Source: Octopus vulgaris (Eukaryota). From it: a DNA stretch of 64,000 nt. Positions within the stretch are counted from its first letter, which is position 1. The number at the start of each line of letters is the position of its first letter. Shown here piece by piece: positions 41,171 to 55,298 of this stretch. The stretch lies in the NCBI GenBank assembly GCA_951406725.2, contig OX597826.1, positions 620,001 to 684,000 on the forward strand, written 5' to 3'. Under the pieces are notes generated by a model, which saw nothing but the letters and a program-made list of their open reading frames with translations, had not been told where the DNA came from and did not search any database. The position numbers and the translations under genes were made by a program.

Positions 41171-42793
41171 ATGAAAAAATATAAATAAAAATAAAAAAAT
41201 AAATACTTAAATAAAATAATAAAAGCGTATTTGTTCCTCACGCTTAATGAATTCTTCAGCAATTTATTCTTTTTTTGCTAATAACGTAATTCCACGAGTA
41301 TTCTTATAAACGCTGTAAATACGTTTTCCTATTCAAAATTTTAGTTCATTACAAAACCTCGCTAAGATAAGTATATATTTATATTTAAGATCTTTAAATT
41401 TTAATATCTATAAGTCTTATGGTGTAATATTGTTTTTTTTATGTATATATCGTTGTTTATCCAATTATCGTAATTTTCTATATAATTATTAGATATTAAC
41501 TTTAAGTTTATTCGTAAGAATTTACTTAGCGATAGATATGTTGTTTGATAGCAAGTATATGAGTTTTTATAAGTTAGATTCATGTATATACATATATTAA
41601 TAGCATTAATTGTAGTTTTAAATTTCTTATAATTATTATTTTAAATTATATATTGTCTTTTTAAATTGTTATTTGCTAGTTACATTATTCCCATTGATAA
41701 ATATATTTATAGTATTTATTTGTTACTATATAACTACGAATTGATTATTTCTTTAAGTACTTTAAAGATAAGATTTTTGAAAGTTATTATTTAGCCAAAG
41801 AGATAAAGACAGTTAATTTACTATAGCGTTCGTTTAAGATGGTTTGTTTGTATTTTTGAAATTAGCTATTTCATCTTTAAATATGAAAAAATAATTCATT
41901 AGATCTTTATTATATGTGCATATATTTATTTATAGAGATAATTTAGATCTTAATTATATATTTATATACATTTATATATTTTCATTGATAATTTATATAT
42001 TATGTAAATTTTATATTTTAATAATATGAATAATCATTTTTTTTTTTGCAAAGTATTTATGTAATTAGATATTGACTATTACTGATATTAGATTATTGAT
42101 GGGTTTCTTACCTTAAAAATTAATACTTAAAAATTAAAATTAATATTTAACATTATAATCGTTGTTTTGACATAATCATAATCGTTAAGTTTCTAGTTTG
42201 ATAATAGAGTTTTTTATAAGAAAATATATTATATTATTTATTTCTTAAAAAATATTGTTTAAATATTTTTGATTCTTTATTAAAATATTACAATTAACCT
42301 GAAGATTGACTGTAACCATAACTCGAATTATTAATTGAATTTAAATTATTGTTATTCGAATTGGTTACGGTCATGAAACGATCGTAGTGTTTTTACTCTT
42401 CATCTTATTAAACTTTTAATACTTTTTGATAGTTTATAAAAATAATAATTAATAAATAAATAAATATAAAAATATTAAAATATTAAAAATATTAAAAAAA
42501 AATTTTTAAATATAAAAATATAAAAAAATAAAAAATAAAAAAATATAAATAAAAATAAATAATTAAATAAAATAATAATAAAAGTATATATATATTTATA
42601 ATTTATAAGTTTAAATTATTCATTTAAATAATTTTTTTAAATTTTAACTTTAATTTAAATATTTTAATTGGATGTTTATATTTTATATTTTATATTATTT
42701 TATATATTTTTTAATTAATTTTATTTCTATGTATTGGCTTATGATTTTCACTGTTTGATTTGCCTAGTAGTGGTTTATCTCTAATTTAATATA

Positions 42794-42795
<2 letters not shown>
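40540..42795. mobile_element. Very AT-rich degenerate retroelement mosaic with two perfect hairpins, an RT YADD remnant and a hammerhead
   Basis: Palindromes 40599-40656 and 40737-40800; tatgcggatgacgttgca (YADDVA) at ~41023-41040; HHR at 42297-42390; bounded by (TA)n. Confidence 0.5.
42297..42390 (+). ncRNA. Hammerhead motif with long stem II
   Basis: CTGAAGA-t-tgactgtaacca..tggttacggtca-t-GAAAC-gatc-GTA; 12-bp stem II, palindromic acgatcgt stem III; stem I weak. Confidence 0.6.
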
Positions 42796-42848
<53 letters not shown>

Positions 42849-42980
42849 TACTTGGAGAAGCGAAACGAAGAGAAACGACGCGTGCGTTCGGTCATATAAT
42901 AACAATATAATAAATAAATAAAATATATGCATATATACATACATATATGTACATACTTACATCTACATGTATATATACAA

Positions 42981-43031
<51 letters not shown>

Positions 43032-43574
43032 TACAGGACACCACAAATAAACGTAGAACACGAGAAACGAAAACAAAATCAAACAAGGAAACGGACTTTT
43101 TTAACAACGAAAAAACAGAGTACAGGACAAATAATACAAGGAAAATTCCCCTTCATCAGCTGTCCCTGCTTCGGCTCAATGCGTGTTTCGAAGGTAAGGC
43201 CAGAACACGACCAGGCCGAAGCAATCCTTCCTGGAAAAGGAATTAAATAAAATTCCTTTGCAGAGGGGTAAAACGTGTGACAAGAACAGGACGTAAAAGC
43301 AATACAAATGAAGAAAAGACAGTAGAAAAAACATTACAAATAAGGAATAACAGGACAAGGAACAAACAAAAAGGGCTTTTTTTAGGCCTAGACGGTGGAA
43401 AGATTAGTTAGAACGCATGTGAAAAATCGGCTTGCGGAGAGACAGAAAAGTCGGTGCTCCAGCATGGCCGCAATCATATGACTGACACAAATAAAAGAAT
43501 AAAAGAAAAGTATCCATGCATGCATGTACGTATGTATGAATAAACATGCACACTCATACATATATGCAAGGGAT

Positions 43575-45085
43575 TACTGGATGGATGGATGGATGGATGG
43601 ATGAATTGAATGGAAGAATGGATGGATGGATGGATGGATGGATGAATGGAAGGATGGATGGATGGTTGGATGGATGGATGGCTGGATGGATGAATGGATG
43701 ATAGATGGTTGGATGGATGAATGGATGGGATGGGATGGGATGGGATGGATGGATGAATTGAATGGCTAGATGGTTGGATGGATTGATGGTTAGATGGCTG
43801 GATGGATGAATGGATGAATGGATGGATGGATTGATAGATGATGGATGGATGGATGGATGGATGGATGGATGGAAGGTGGGATGGATGAATGGATGGATGG
43901 ATGGTTCGATGGATGGATGGATGGATGGATGAATGGATGGTTGGATGGATTGATAGATGATGGATGGATGAATGGATGGAAGGATGAATGGACGGTTGGA
44001 TGGATGGATGGATGGATGGATGGACGGATGGATGGATGAATGGATGGATGGGTTGGATGGGATGGATGGATGGATGGTTTGATGGATGGATGGATTGTTG
44101 GATGGATGAATGGATTGATGGGTGGATGGAGGATATGGATGGAAGGATTGGATGGATGGATGGATGGATGGATGGATGGATGGATGGATGGATGGATGGA
44201 TGGATGGATGGATGGACGGATGGATGGACGAGTGGATGGATGAGTGGATGGATGGATTGATGGATGGATGGAGGATGGATGGATGGATGGATGGTTTGAT
44301 GGATGAATGGATGGTTGGATGGAGGGATGGATGGATGGATCAATGGATTGATGGATTGATGGGTGGATGGAGGATTGATGGATGGATGGTTTGATGGATG
44401 AATGGATGGTTGGATGGAGGGATGGATGGATGGATCAATGGATTGATGGATTGATGGTTGGATGGATGATGGATGGATAGATGGATGAATGGATGGATGG
44501 TTGGATGGATGGATGGATGGATGAATGGATTGATGGTTGGATGGATGGATGGATGGATGGATTGATGGATGGATGGTTGGATGGATGGATGGATTGATGG
44601 ATGGATGGTTGAATGGATGGATGGATGGATGGATGGATGGATGGATGGATGGATGAATGGATGGTTGGATGGATGGATGGATGGATGGATGGTTGGATGG
44701 ATGGATGGTTGGATGATGGATGGATTGATGGAAAGATGGATGGAAGGATTGATGGATGGAAGGATTGATGGATGGAAGGATGGATAGATGAATGGATGGA
44801 TGGATGGATTGGTTGATGGATGGATGGTTGGATGGATGAATGGATCGATGGATGGATGAATTGAATGGATCGATGGATGGATGTATGGATGGATGGATGG
44901 ATGGATGAATGGATGTATGGTTGGATGGATGGATGAATGTATGGATTGATGGATGGATGGATGGATGGATGGATGGATGGATTGATGGATGGATGGATGG
45001 AGGGACGGACGGACGGACAGACGGACGGACGGGCGGATGGATAAACGGCTGGAAAGACGGATGGACGAATGGCTGGATGGAATGA
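43575..45085. repeat. ~1.5-kb degenerate (GGAT)n satellite
   Basis: Directly visible. Confidence 0.97.
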
Positions 45086-45876
45086 TCTATAGGCATTAAT
45101 ATTTATTGGTTCTCATTTGCTCATAAACTCTCTTTCATCGCTGACTTGAGTTTAAAAAAAAAAACACTTCTGAGCGGTTTACTACTCATTTTCAAACATG
45201 CGCAGGTGCCTGTCCGAGTGTGTAAGTATATAAGCATACACAATACATACACATGTACATACATACATACATACATACATACATACATACATACATACAT
45301 ACATACATACATACATACGTACGTGCGTGTGTGTGTGTGTGTGTAGTTATGTATATTTCGTTTGTATGTTATCAACTACATTTTTGAATGTATTCGTTTC
45401 GTAATTGAAGATGCTATTGTGTGATTCGAGTTCTCATGCATAGACTTTCCTCCGTTGACCGTAGTAAGTTTGATGCTGGTGCTGCTACTCTCGCTGCTGC
45501 TGCTGCTGCTGATGCTGCTGATGCTGATGCTGCTGCTGCTGCTGCTGCTGGTTCCCTGTTTATTGTTTGCTGTTGGATATTACTAAACCAGTTTTAGTCA
45601 AAACAACACAAAGATGAAAGTCATTCAAATTTTGACAAGCTAGTTCTTTGTGTATCAGAAACAATAATTATCAATACAGTCTTTATTCAAAACGCTAGTG
45701 TTTGATTTGTGAGATCTTTGACTGCTATTTCCTGCAGACTCAGCGACCGTTTCCGCTCTCTGCCAAACAAATCTGTCAATGACACCAATCCCCATCTCTC
45801 TTTCTCTCTCTCTCTCTCTCTCCCCTCTCTCCCCCATCTCTCCTCTCTCTCTCTCTCCCTTTCTCGCCTATCTCTC

Positions 45877-45935
<59 letters not shown>

Positions 45936-46514
45936 GGATACAGACACACACTTTTCATTTCACATTCTCTTTCCTTTACTCTCTGACTTCCACTTTCGTA
46001 TTTTCAAAGTAGTTGAAGTGCATCGACCTTTTGGCTAAGGTCAAAAAGTAATACATGCATACATAACATACATACATACATACATACATACATACATACA
46101 TACATGCACACTGCTTAAATACCAATCTTAAGGAATTAGGCTTCTCAAAACCAAAAAGGAGAAAGCTGATTCAAAACTACAGATCCAATCCATTACTTGA
46201 ACTGTAAAAAAATCTATAAAAGTTTCCAGAAATTTATCATTTATGTATATATGAGCATGTCTAGATATGCAAGTATATGCATGAGAACACATACATAAAA
46301 TAAAACATACAAATCTGCACGTATACATACATACATATAGACAGACAGACAGACAGACAGACAAAAATAACCTGTTGTTGATGTGGAAATTCCAATGAAA
46401 GAGCCTTGGAGCCAGGTTAGAAACTGACGCTTTCTCTATTGGCAAAAAATCTTGAAATAAATTGAATAATGACGTGTGTGTCTGTGTGTGTGCGTGTGTG
46501 CATGTGTACGTTTG

Positions 46515-46562
<48 letters not shown>

Positions 46563-46759
46563 AGTAGTTGAATGAATTATCGTATTATGGATAATTCGGT
46601 TAACCGATACCTGGGTAGCAAATTCACGTCAGAAAAACACGGTTGAAGCTACATGCCTAGGGCAGAGATTACGTGCTTTCGTGTGGAAATGTGTGTATTT
46701 TTTTAAATACAGATAAATGAAAGAATGGAGTTGAACGACGAATTAACAAAATTCCTTTA

Positions 46760-46842
46760 TTTTCGACATATGTTTCGAAGGCTGCATATTCCTAATTTCG
46801 AAGGAATAAGGGGTGCATTATGCCGCCTTCTCATCAGGAAAA
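46760..46842 (-). ncRNA. Type I hammerhead ribozyme, canonical
   Basis: ttttc-CTGATGA-gaaggc..gccttc-GAAAC-atat-GTC-gaaaa; GUC cleavage triplet, palindromic acatatgt stem III. Confidence 0.85.
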
Positions 46843-47114
46843 ACAAGGAACTTAAGTCAGCATCAAGATGCACAAAAACTTTTAGATGACTGCCCACACG
46901 GAGCCCATAGCGATAATGAGTGTTTCTTTAAAATATTCCGTTATAAGCAGTGACGTCAAAAATGGTTGAATGTAGAAGATTCTAGAAGGTTTAAGGGTTC
47001 AAACAAGGTATTTATAACGGAATATTTTAAAGAAACACTCATTATCGCTATGGGCTCCGTGTGGGCAGTCATCTAAAAGTTTTGTGCATCTTGATGCTGA
47101 CATAAGTTCCTTGT

Positions 47115-47195
47115 TTTTCCTGATGAGAAGGCGGCATAATGCACCCCTTATTCCTTCGAAATTAGGAATATGCAGCCTTCGAAACATGTCTAAAA
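47115..47195 (+). ncRNA. Type I hammerhead ribozyme, second arm
   Basis: ttttc-CTGATGA-gaaggc..gccttc-GAAAC-at-GTC-taaaa; stem III shortened to acatgt, one stem I mismatch. Confidence 0.75.
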
Positions 47196-47482
47196 TAAAG
47201 GAATTTTGTTAATTCGTCGTTCAACTCCATTCTTTCATTTATATATATTTATTGAGTGAAAACACCTAAAAGCTCCACGAGGCTCCGGCAGGGGGTGGTG
47301 ATCTCTGCTGTACTCTTTCACCACACTTTCTCCCACTCTTTCTTCTGTTGGCCTGCTCGCTTAGCCAGCGGGGTGGCGTCATTCGAAGGCTAAAACAATG
47401 CGAACGCATTGTGACCAGCGATGTGTAACTACATCTGATGGACTGGTCGGTCACGTGATCATGTGATATATATACATATACA

Positions 47483-47711
47483 CTTTTACTCTTTTACTTG
47501 TTTCAGTCATTTGACTGTAGCCATGCTGGAGCACCGCCTTTTAGTCGAAGAACTCGACCCTAGAACTTATTCTTTGTAAGCCTAATACTTATTCTATCAG
47601 TCTATTTTGCCGAACCGCTAAGTTACGGGGACATAAACACACCAGCATCGGTTGTCAAGTCGTGTTGGGGGACAAACACAGAGACACAAACATTTACATA
47701 CATACATATAT

Positions 47712-47747
<36 letters not shown>
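47483..47747 (-). mobile_element. SINE family A tail half (split by PLE; head at 53108-53262)
   Basis: Matches 30354-30570, then ends in (TA)n. Confidence 0.88.
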
Positions 47748-47751
<4 letters not shown>

Positions 47752-47920
47752 AATATTAGGGAATGAATCCAAAATTACAGGGAAAAATCAGATTTAGGGT
47801 TAAATCCAATTTTATAGTAAAATATTATATAATATAATTCGAGACAAAACCACTATTTTAAAACCAAACAAGGAAAGACTTAATCAATACATAAAATTTT
47901 AATATAAATTAAATAAACCG

Positions 47921-47964
47921 CCACTACAATTGTTTCATGTCTGCTACCGACAATCTTCAGGTGG
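47921..47964 (-). ncRNA. Minimal hammerhead ribozyme, 3' pLTR
   Basis: ccac-CTGAAGA-t-tgtc..gaca-t-GAAAC-aatt-GTA-gtgg. Confidence 0.8.
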
Positions 47965-48553
47965 ATTTTCGATCTAAAAATATCAATATTTTAAAATATA
48001 ATTTTAAATAATTTAAAATAATAAAATAATAAAATTATCAATGAAAGAATATAAAAATAAAAATATATAATCTATATATAATCTATATATAATCTATATA
48101 TAATCAATATATAATCTAAAATAATCTAAAATAAACCCTATAAACAATTGAATATAAAAACCTATTATAAAAGTTCTCATATTTAAAAATGTACAAAAAC
48201 CAAAAAACAACATGCAAAAAACAAAAACAAAAAAACAAAAAATAAACTATATATACACACACATGCTCATACACTCAACACATTACTTATTCATACTTCC
48301 TCACACACACATACAACACTCATTCATAAACAATATACATATACCCGCTCACACATACATATACATACACATACAAACAGAACACGATATATACCAATAT
48401 ATAAACACCCACACCCATGCAGATAAATAAATTACGCAAACAATCACACACACACACACACACATTCACACATACATAAACACTCAAAAGAAAACCGAAC
48501 AATTCTTTGCACGTGGATATCAAACGTTTTTAAAAAATTATGAATGGAAATGA

Positions 48554-49838
48554 AATCCATACATACAAGTATAAATATAACTATACAACCCCTAACACAA
48601 TACACACAAATACACACACATATATACACACACCCACAAACATAACCATATACACACTCACACATACATATACATACGTACAAATCTCGATACAAACAAA
48701 CTTTAATAAAACGACCATGATAAACGAAAACTCATATATATATTAATATATATATAAAAGAGTGTGTACACGCAGACGGGTGCAATCACACGCACATTCA
48801 AAACTTACATGTATACAAGTGCATAAATAATCACACCCAATTACATAGCACTCATACACTCCCACATCTACACTTACACTTGTACACACGCACACATACA
48901 TACACACCCATACCTACATACAAAAATTCTTATTAAAATAATCATGATAAATAAAATCCATACATACAAGTATAAATATAAAGATACAACCCCTTACACA
49001 ATACACACAAATACACACACATATATACACACACCCACAAACATAACCATATACACACTCACACATACAAATACATACGTACAAAACTCGATACAAGCAA
49101 ATACGCACACGCACACACATTCACACATACATAAACATACAAAAGAAAAACAACATTTCTACACATAATACGATATATAAAATACTCCATAAGTAATCAG
49201 ATTATCATAAGTAACAAGATTAACATAAGGAGAAAAATAGACATACCTTCTAATCAGTATCAAATTTTGAAGTGAATTTAAACCCTATCCGTTATTACAA
49301 TAAACAAAAATTACGTTACCATGGAACCGAACATATAAAAATTATTTGCGCTACGTAAAACAGCGTCATTAAAATTATGAATGGAATATAAAATTCTTTG
49401 CGCGTAGTAAACAAACGTAAATTAAAAAATTATGAATGGAATATACAAATTCTACAAATTCTTTAAAAAAACCATAAAAAACGAAAACTCATATAGATAT
49501 TAATATATATATAAAAATGAGTGTGTACACGCAGACGGGTGCAATCACACGGACATTCAAAACTTGCATGTATACAAGTGCATAAATAATCACACTCAAT
49601 TACATAGCACTCATACACTACCGCATCTATACTTACACTTGTACACACGCACACCTACATACACACCCATACCTACATACAAAATTCTTATTAAACTAAT
49701 CATGATAATGAAGTCCATACATACAAATATAAAGATAAAGATAAAACCCCTTTCATACACAATACACACAAATACACACACCCACAAACATAACCATATA
49801 CACACTCACACATACATATACATACGTACAAACTCGAT
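48554..49838. repeat. Internal direct repeats in PLE 3' UTR
   Basis: ~360-bp block 48724-49095 repeated at 49481-49838; partial third copy 48554-48694. Confidence 0.85.
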
Positions 49839-50024
49839 ATATACACTAATATTCATTCCCACACTCAATAAAATATTAAGTAAATACAAAACAATGAAAT
49901 ACCAATTAAATACTAACTATAATTAAAGCCTAAACTATATAACTAAAAATATATATATGGTACTCTAAACTAAAAACAAATTAACCTAAAGTAACCTTTA
50001 ATAGGGGGCTATTAATTTATTTAT

Positions 50025-50928
50025 TTATTTATCATGGAACCTATTATATAGGTAAAGTAATCTATGTCTACATTTTATTTTGCGCTCTTCACCTATATTA
50101 AGTAAATTATCATACTTATAAAATAAAATTTCTTTAAACTCATTAGAGCATAAATAACAACAATTCGCTCCTATAGTATATGATTTAGTTTTACAAATTA
50201 TTTCCCAATTTAAACTATAATTAATATTTTGTGATTTAATTCTCCAAATGTACTTACTAAGTCCAGTGGAGTTGATTAAGTTTTTATTTTTAAAAGAATT
50301 CATATGTTGTGCGATTCTTAATTTTATTTTAGAGGAAGTAGACCCTATATAAACCGCTTTTGGGTAATTATTCTTCTTAAAGTTATTATCATGTAACGTA
50401 ACTATACATTTATACACTACATCTTTAATATCACATTTATTATTTAATTTACATTTAGATTTATCTCTACAAGTACAATTAATATATGTCTTATCCTTAT
50501 TATTATTATTATCAAATAATTTATTTTTATAAAAATTATTCAGTTTAAATTTATTAAATGAAGAAATAATGTTACCTACATTATTAGTGGTAGAATAACC
50601 TACTCCAAAATTATCACTAGAGAAAATGTTTTTATATTTACGATTATCTCTAATAAATAGTTCTATAATATCTAAAATCTCTTTGATAATATTCGCTTTT
50701 ACTTGATCTCCATAAGGAACTATTAACCAAATTTTATTCTTATTTACCTTATTATAATTGTCAGTATTATAATTATTAAATTTAGAATTCTTCATATTAT
50801 TAAAATTATTATCAGAATTATATCTATATACAGCATTTAAGGAATTATTAATATTATTAATTTTATCCATATTATTATTATTATTATTATTGTTTAATTT
50901 ATTTTTATTTTTATTTTTATTATTCTTA

Positions 50929-50987
<59 letters not shown>

Positions 50988-52061
50988 TTTATTTTTATTT
51001 TTATTTTTATTATTTTTATTTTTAATTTTATAATTTCTAATATTTATACCACTAATACCAACAAAATTATAATTATTATTATAATTATCTCGAAAATTAT
51101 TTAAATCTTTATCATTAATATTATAAAATTTAATATTCCTATTATAACCTGCCCCTCTAAGGGCCTCATTATAATAAGTGGCATGTCTATTAAAAATCTC
51201 TATATCATAAGAGAGTAATAAAATACGTTTACTTATATTATTAATCAACGAATTTTTAATAGAATTTGGGTGATTACTATTAACATTTATATACCTAAGG
51301 TTCTCATTAATTTTATGATATGGTTGTGTTTTACCTGTAATTAGATTAAAATTAACATCTAAATAATTAACATTATAATTCTCCTTATATATAGTAATAC
51401 TTAAACCATATCTTTTAAAGAAACTATATATTTTTTTCTTATATACTTCTAGATTCCTTTTAGTACAATTCTTTGTAATTAGTAGAAGATCATCTCTATA
51501 TAAACCACCCTCTATCTTAAGATTTTCTAATTGGAGTTCAGATAAAAGAAAAATACCTACTAAATCAGTAGCTTGTGCAGAATCTGGTGCTCCCATAGGT
51601 ATATCAAAACAATCTCTAGTATCATTCCTAGCCCATAATTTATTTTTATATTTAATGAGCGATTTCCTAGCCATTTCAATTACATTAACTTCTTCACGTG
51701 ACATTCCCACTTTATTCATTGCGAAAATAAGTGCTTTATTAAACACAATTTCATTAATAGAAGAATGATAATTATCTATATCTATTTGAATAAATTTAAA
51801 ACGATTTTTATCTTTAATATTATTAAACCATTTCAATGTATTGTTATTACTAAACCATAATTTTAAATAATTAAGTTTATTTAATTTATTGATATATTTA
51901 TCTAAAATAAATTTACTTAATTTACCTAAGTCAGATTTACATGGGCAAATTAATCTAAATTTAGGGTCTGAATAAAAATTATCTTTATGGTCTTTAAGAG
52001 TAATTCTGGGGTTCAAAGGTACATAAGGTTCAGTTTTATTATCCAATTCATATTTTAACAT
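50025..52061 (-). CDS. PLE reverse transcriptase plus GIY-YIG endonuclease (678-aa open portion)
   Basis: ITLKDHK..RLICPCKSDLG; IDIDNYHSSI; FDIPMGAPDSA; LYRDD; NYLDV; poly-Asn linker; CTC..C..C..VVYKC..VYIGST..R..H..LSKYIW..CYLC..E..LLN..CRH. Confidence 0.9.
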
Positions 52062-52165
52062 TACTAATTTAGAGGCCTTATTAATATTATAAAGTATATC
52101 ATCTGGAACAATTTTATATTTTTTAATTATTTCTTTCCCTAAAAGTTTATCATATAAATTAACAT

Positions 52166-52558
52166 CTAATTTATATAAATTCCTAGTATAATACCATCCA
52201 TATTTCTCATATATTTAATTTTAATTGCTAGGTTTCTTAAATATTCATTATTTCTATTTGGGTATTTATAGAATTCAATATTTTTTACTACCTTCCATAT
52301 ATTATCTTCTAGTAATTGTAATTCTTTATTAAATGGAGGTTCCTTTCTAGATTTAAATTTAGAGGTAAAATTATCATTCCTACTATCATTATCATTAAAT
52401 AAATAAAAATTATAGTAATAAGCTTTCCATTTAATTCTAGAAATAAAACCTTTAACATTATTAATAAGTTTCAAAATAAATTCCTTTCTAGAAGGTATAG
52501 GAATATCTTTCAAAGATGAATCCCAAAACAGTGGTTCTATCTTACCTGTAAGTTCCAT
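52166..52558 (-). pseudogene. N-terminal part of the same PLE ORF, separated by a short frameshifting deletion at ~52187
   Basis: SLKDIPIPS..RIKWKA..FKS..P..EL..E; alternative frame resumes TRNLYKLDVNLY in frame with the 52061 ORF, with the expected DK motif missing. Confidence 0.85.
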
Positions 52559-52836
52559 AATTACGAAATTGAGGTATTACACTCAATATACAAAATTATC
52601 AAATATGAGAACTTTTATAATAGGTTTTTATATTCAATTGTTTATAGGGTTTATTTTAGATTATTTTAGTTTATGGGTTTATTTTAGATTATTTTGATTA
52701 TATATTGATTATATATAGATTATATATAGATTATATATTTTTATTTTTATATTCTTTCATTGATAATTTTATTATTTTATTATTTTAAATTATTTTAAAT
52801 TATATTTTAAAATATTGATATTTTTAGATCGAAAAT

Positions 52837-52880
52837 CCACCTGAAGATTGTCGGTAGCAGACATGAAACAATTGTAGTGG
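52837..52880 (+). ncRNA. Minimal hammerhead ribozyme, inverted 5' pLTR
   Basis: Exact reverse complement of 47921-47964. Confidence 0.8.
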
Positions 52881-52960
52881 CGGTTTATTTAATTTATATT
52901 AAAATTTTATGTATTGATTAAGTCTTTCCTTGTTTGGTTTTAAAATAGTGGTTTTGTCTC

Positions 52961-53262
<302 letters not shown>

Positions 53263-54410
53263 CAGATTTAAGTCTCAATATATAGATTCAAGTAATCCAG
53301 TAGTGCTCTTTAAAAAAGCTCTTTAATGTATCATTCTACAACCCATATAAAATATATAGTACGATACAAGAGTAAACGATAAGGGGCATATAAAGTTATA
53401 AATGACAGAGAAATAGTTTGATGAAAATTTATTTAACAATAAGAAAATTCTAATACCAAATTGTTTTGTAACTTAAGAACATGTAAATAATTTATATTAT
53501 TATATTTCATAATAAATGAATTATTTACAAATTGCATTAATGCAAATTCAAAGACTCTTTCGAAATAATGCAGAAATTAGCTCTGTTCTCGTGTGAAAGA
53601 CAGTCTTTGTTAAATGCTAAATTCTCGACGTAACGTTCCGAAAATACAAAGTCAATATTTAAAGATTATGGAACGTAGCTTAATTTCTGCATTGTTTTTA
53701 TATAGGAAGGCTCTTCATTAGGCTTTGAGCACAACAACGACACTCATGCATTGAGAATATATTAAATTTTATTAAACTTGAACAATATTTTTCAAGCAAT
53801 GAACAATTTTCGTCGAAACAATGATATAATTTGTCAACTTGGAACTTATTTGCAAAGCTGCATGATAAACAACACTACCACCACCATTGTCACCACATCT
53901 GCCATACACACACCATTCAGACTTCTGATGCCACTACCTTCAATACCTTTCATTTCGCCGCCTTCCCCTCCCTCACCATCACCACTGTCTTTCATATCAC
54001 TTACTCTCATCTTCAGTCCTGACCGCCACGGCTACCACCACCATCATCACAGCCGCCTCTGCCTCCATCACGGCTACAGCTCATACTATTACTATCACCC
54101 ATTACTATCACAAAAACGCTAAATGTGTGTGTAACAGAATTGTGTTCAGTATGTTCGTTCAGTATGCTAGTTCAGTATTCAGTTCCTCTATCTCTCCCTC
54201 TCTTTTTCTTTCTCTCTCTCTCTCGCTCTCTATCTGTCTATCTTCGCCACCGCCCTCGCCGTCTCTATGCCTACTATTACTCTCGCCCCAGCTTGAGCAA
54301 TAGTAAAATTGTCAATGAATAATAAGAGAGGCAGCGAAGTGTGATACATTAACACATAGAAATTATTTTTTTCAATTGTTATATTAGATATTCATATGTA
54401 TGTATAAATA

Positions 54411-54443
<33 letters not shown>

Positions 54444-55298
54444 GCGTGTGTGTGTGTGTGTGTGTGTATTGTTGACGTCATAAGATCTTTTATCTTTTTT
54501 ATCCTTATTTCATTCATTAGACTACGGCCATGTTGGAGCACCGCCTTGAAGGATTTGGTCGAACTATTCGACCCTAGTATTTACTGTATTGGTTTCTTAG
54601 TACCAAGCCGCTAAGTTACTGGGCAGTGGTGCGAATAAATATAACATGTTTGTCTTTAAAAAGGATTTTTTTAAATGTAAAAAAAAAACTTGAGGATATT
54701 TTAGAATTAATGAAATGGCACAGAAACAGTAAAAGAGAACAGTGGGCAAGGGAGAAGCATACGAATAAACCTTGTAACAGCTTGTGAGGACAGATAAGGA
54801 GCGAAATAGCCATTAATTTATTTAAAAACTGAAGTAGACAACACAGTCAGGAAACAGTTTAGTAGTGTTAAGCAAAAATATTTAATAATTGCTAATTAAA
54901 GTTGGCATAATACAAAAGATACGTAAGAAACATTGACTTGAAATTGAAACTGAATTAGCAGAGGTTAGGGTGCAAAAGTCCAGCAAATCAGACAAATGGA
55001 AACCAGAAAAACAAATAAAATATCTACGAAATAAAATATGTATGAGAAAGAAAACACAGCTGATGGGATTTCCACAGGAAATGGAAATAAATAAATAAAA
55101 AATGCAGAAATAGTTCATGATTTCCAAAATGAAGAAATTGAAAACTTGTAGGAGGAAAAAAATGAACACGACAGAGAGGTCTAATGTGCGTTCTTAAAGA
55201 GAAGAGAACACCAAAACAACCCCATTTATAACATGGGGCACTAATAACTAAAGACATCAATGTCTAATTATAAAGATCCTAACTTGTCGATTAGTATA

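Larger units (their letters stand above)
46713..47242. mobile_element. Inverted pair of PLE-type pseudo-LTR fragments (arms 46713-46946 and 47012-47242, 65-bp spacer), each with a hammerhead
   Basis: Arms are reverse complements with about 4 differences by eye. Confidence 0.88.

Noticed and set aside
43474-45096. 540-aa PSIH-repeat ORF and the MDGW ORFs on the opposite strand
   Set aside because: Translation of a degenerate (GGAT)n satellite; tetranucleotide period, no domain, no coding evidence
52166-52200. Programmed frameshift or intron between the two PLE ORFs
   Set aside because: The conserved DK motif is missing at the junction, and there is no GT-AG intron or slippery heptamer; best explained by a small deletion
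54700-55260. Purine-rich stretch that looks coding
   Set aside because: Stops in all plus frames and no recognisable motif
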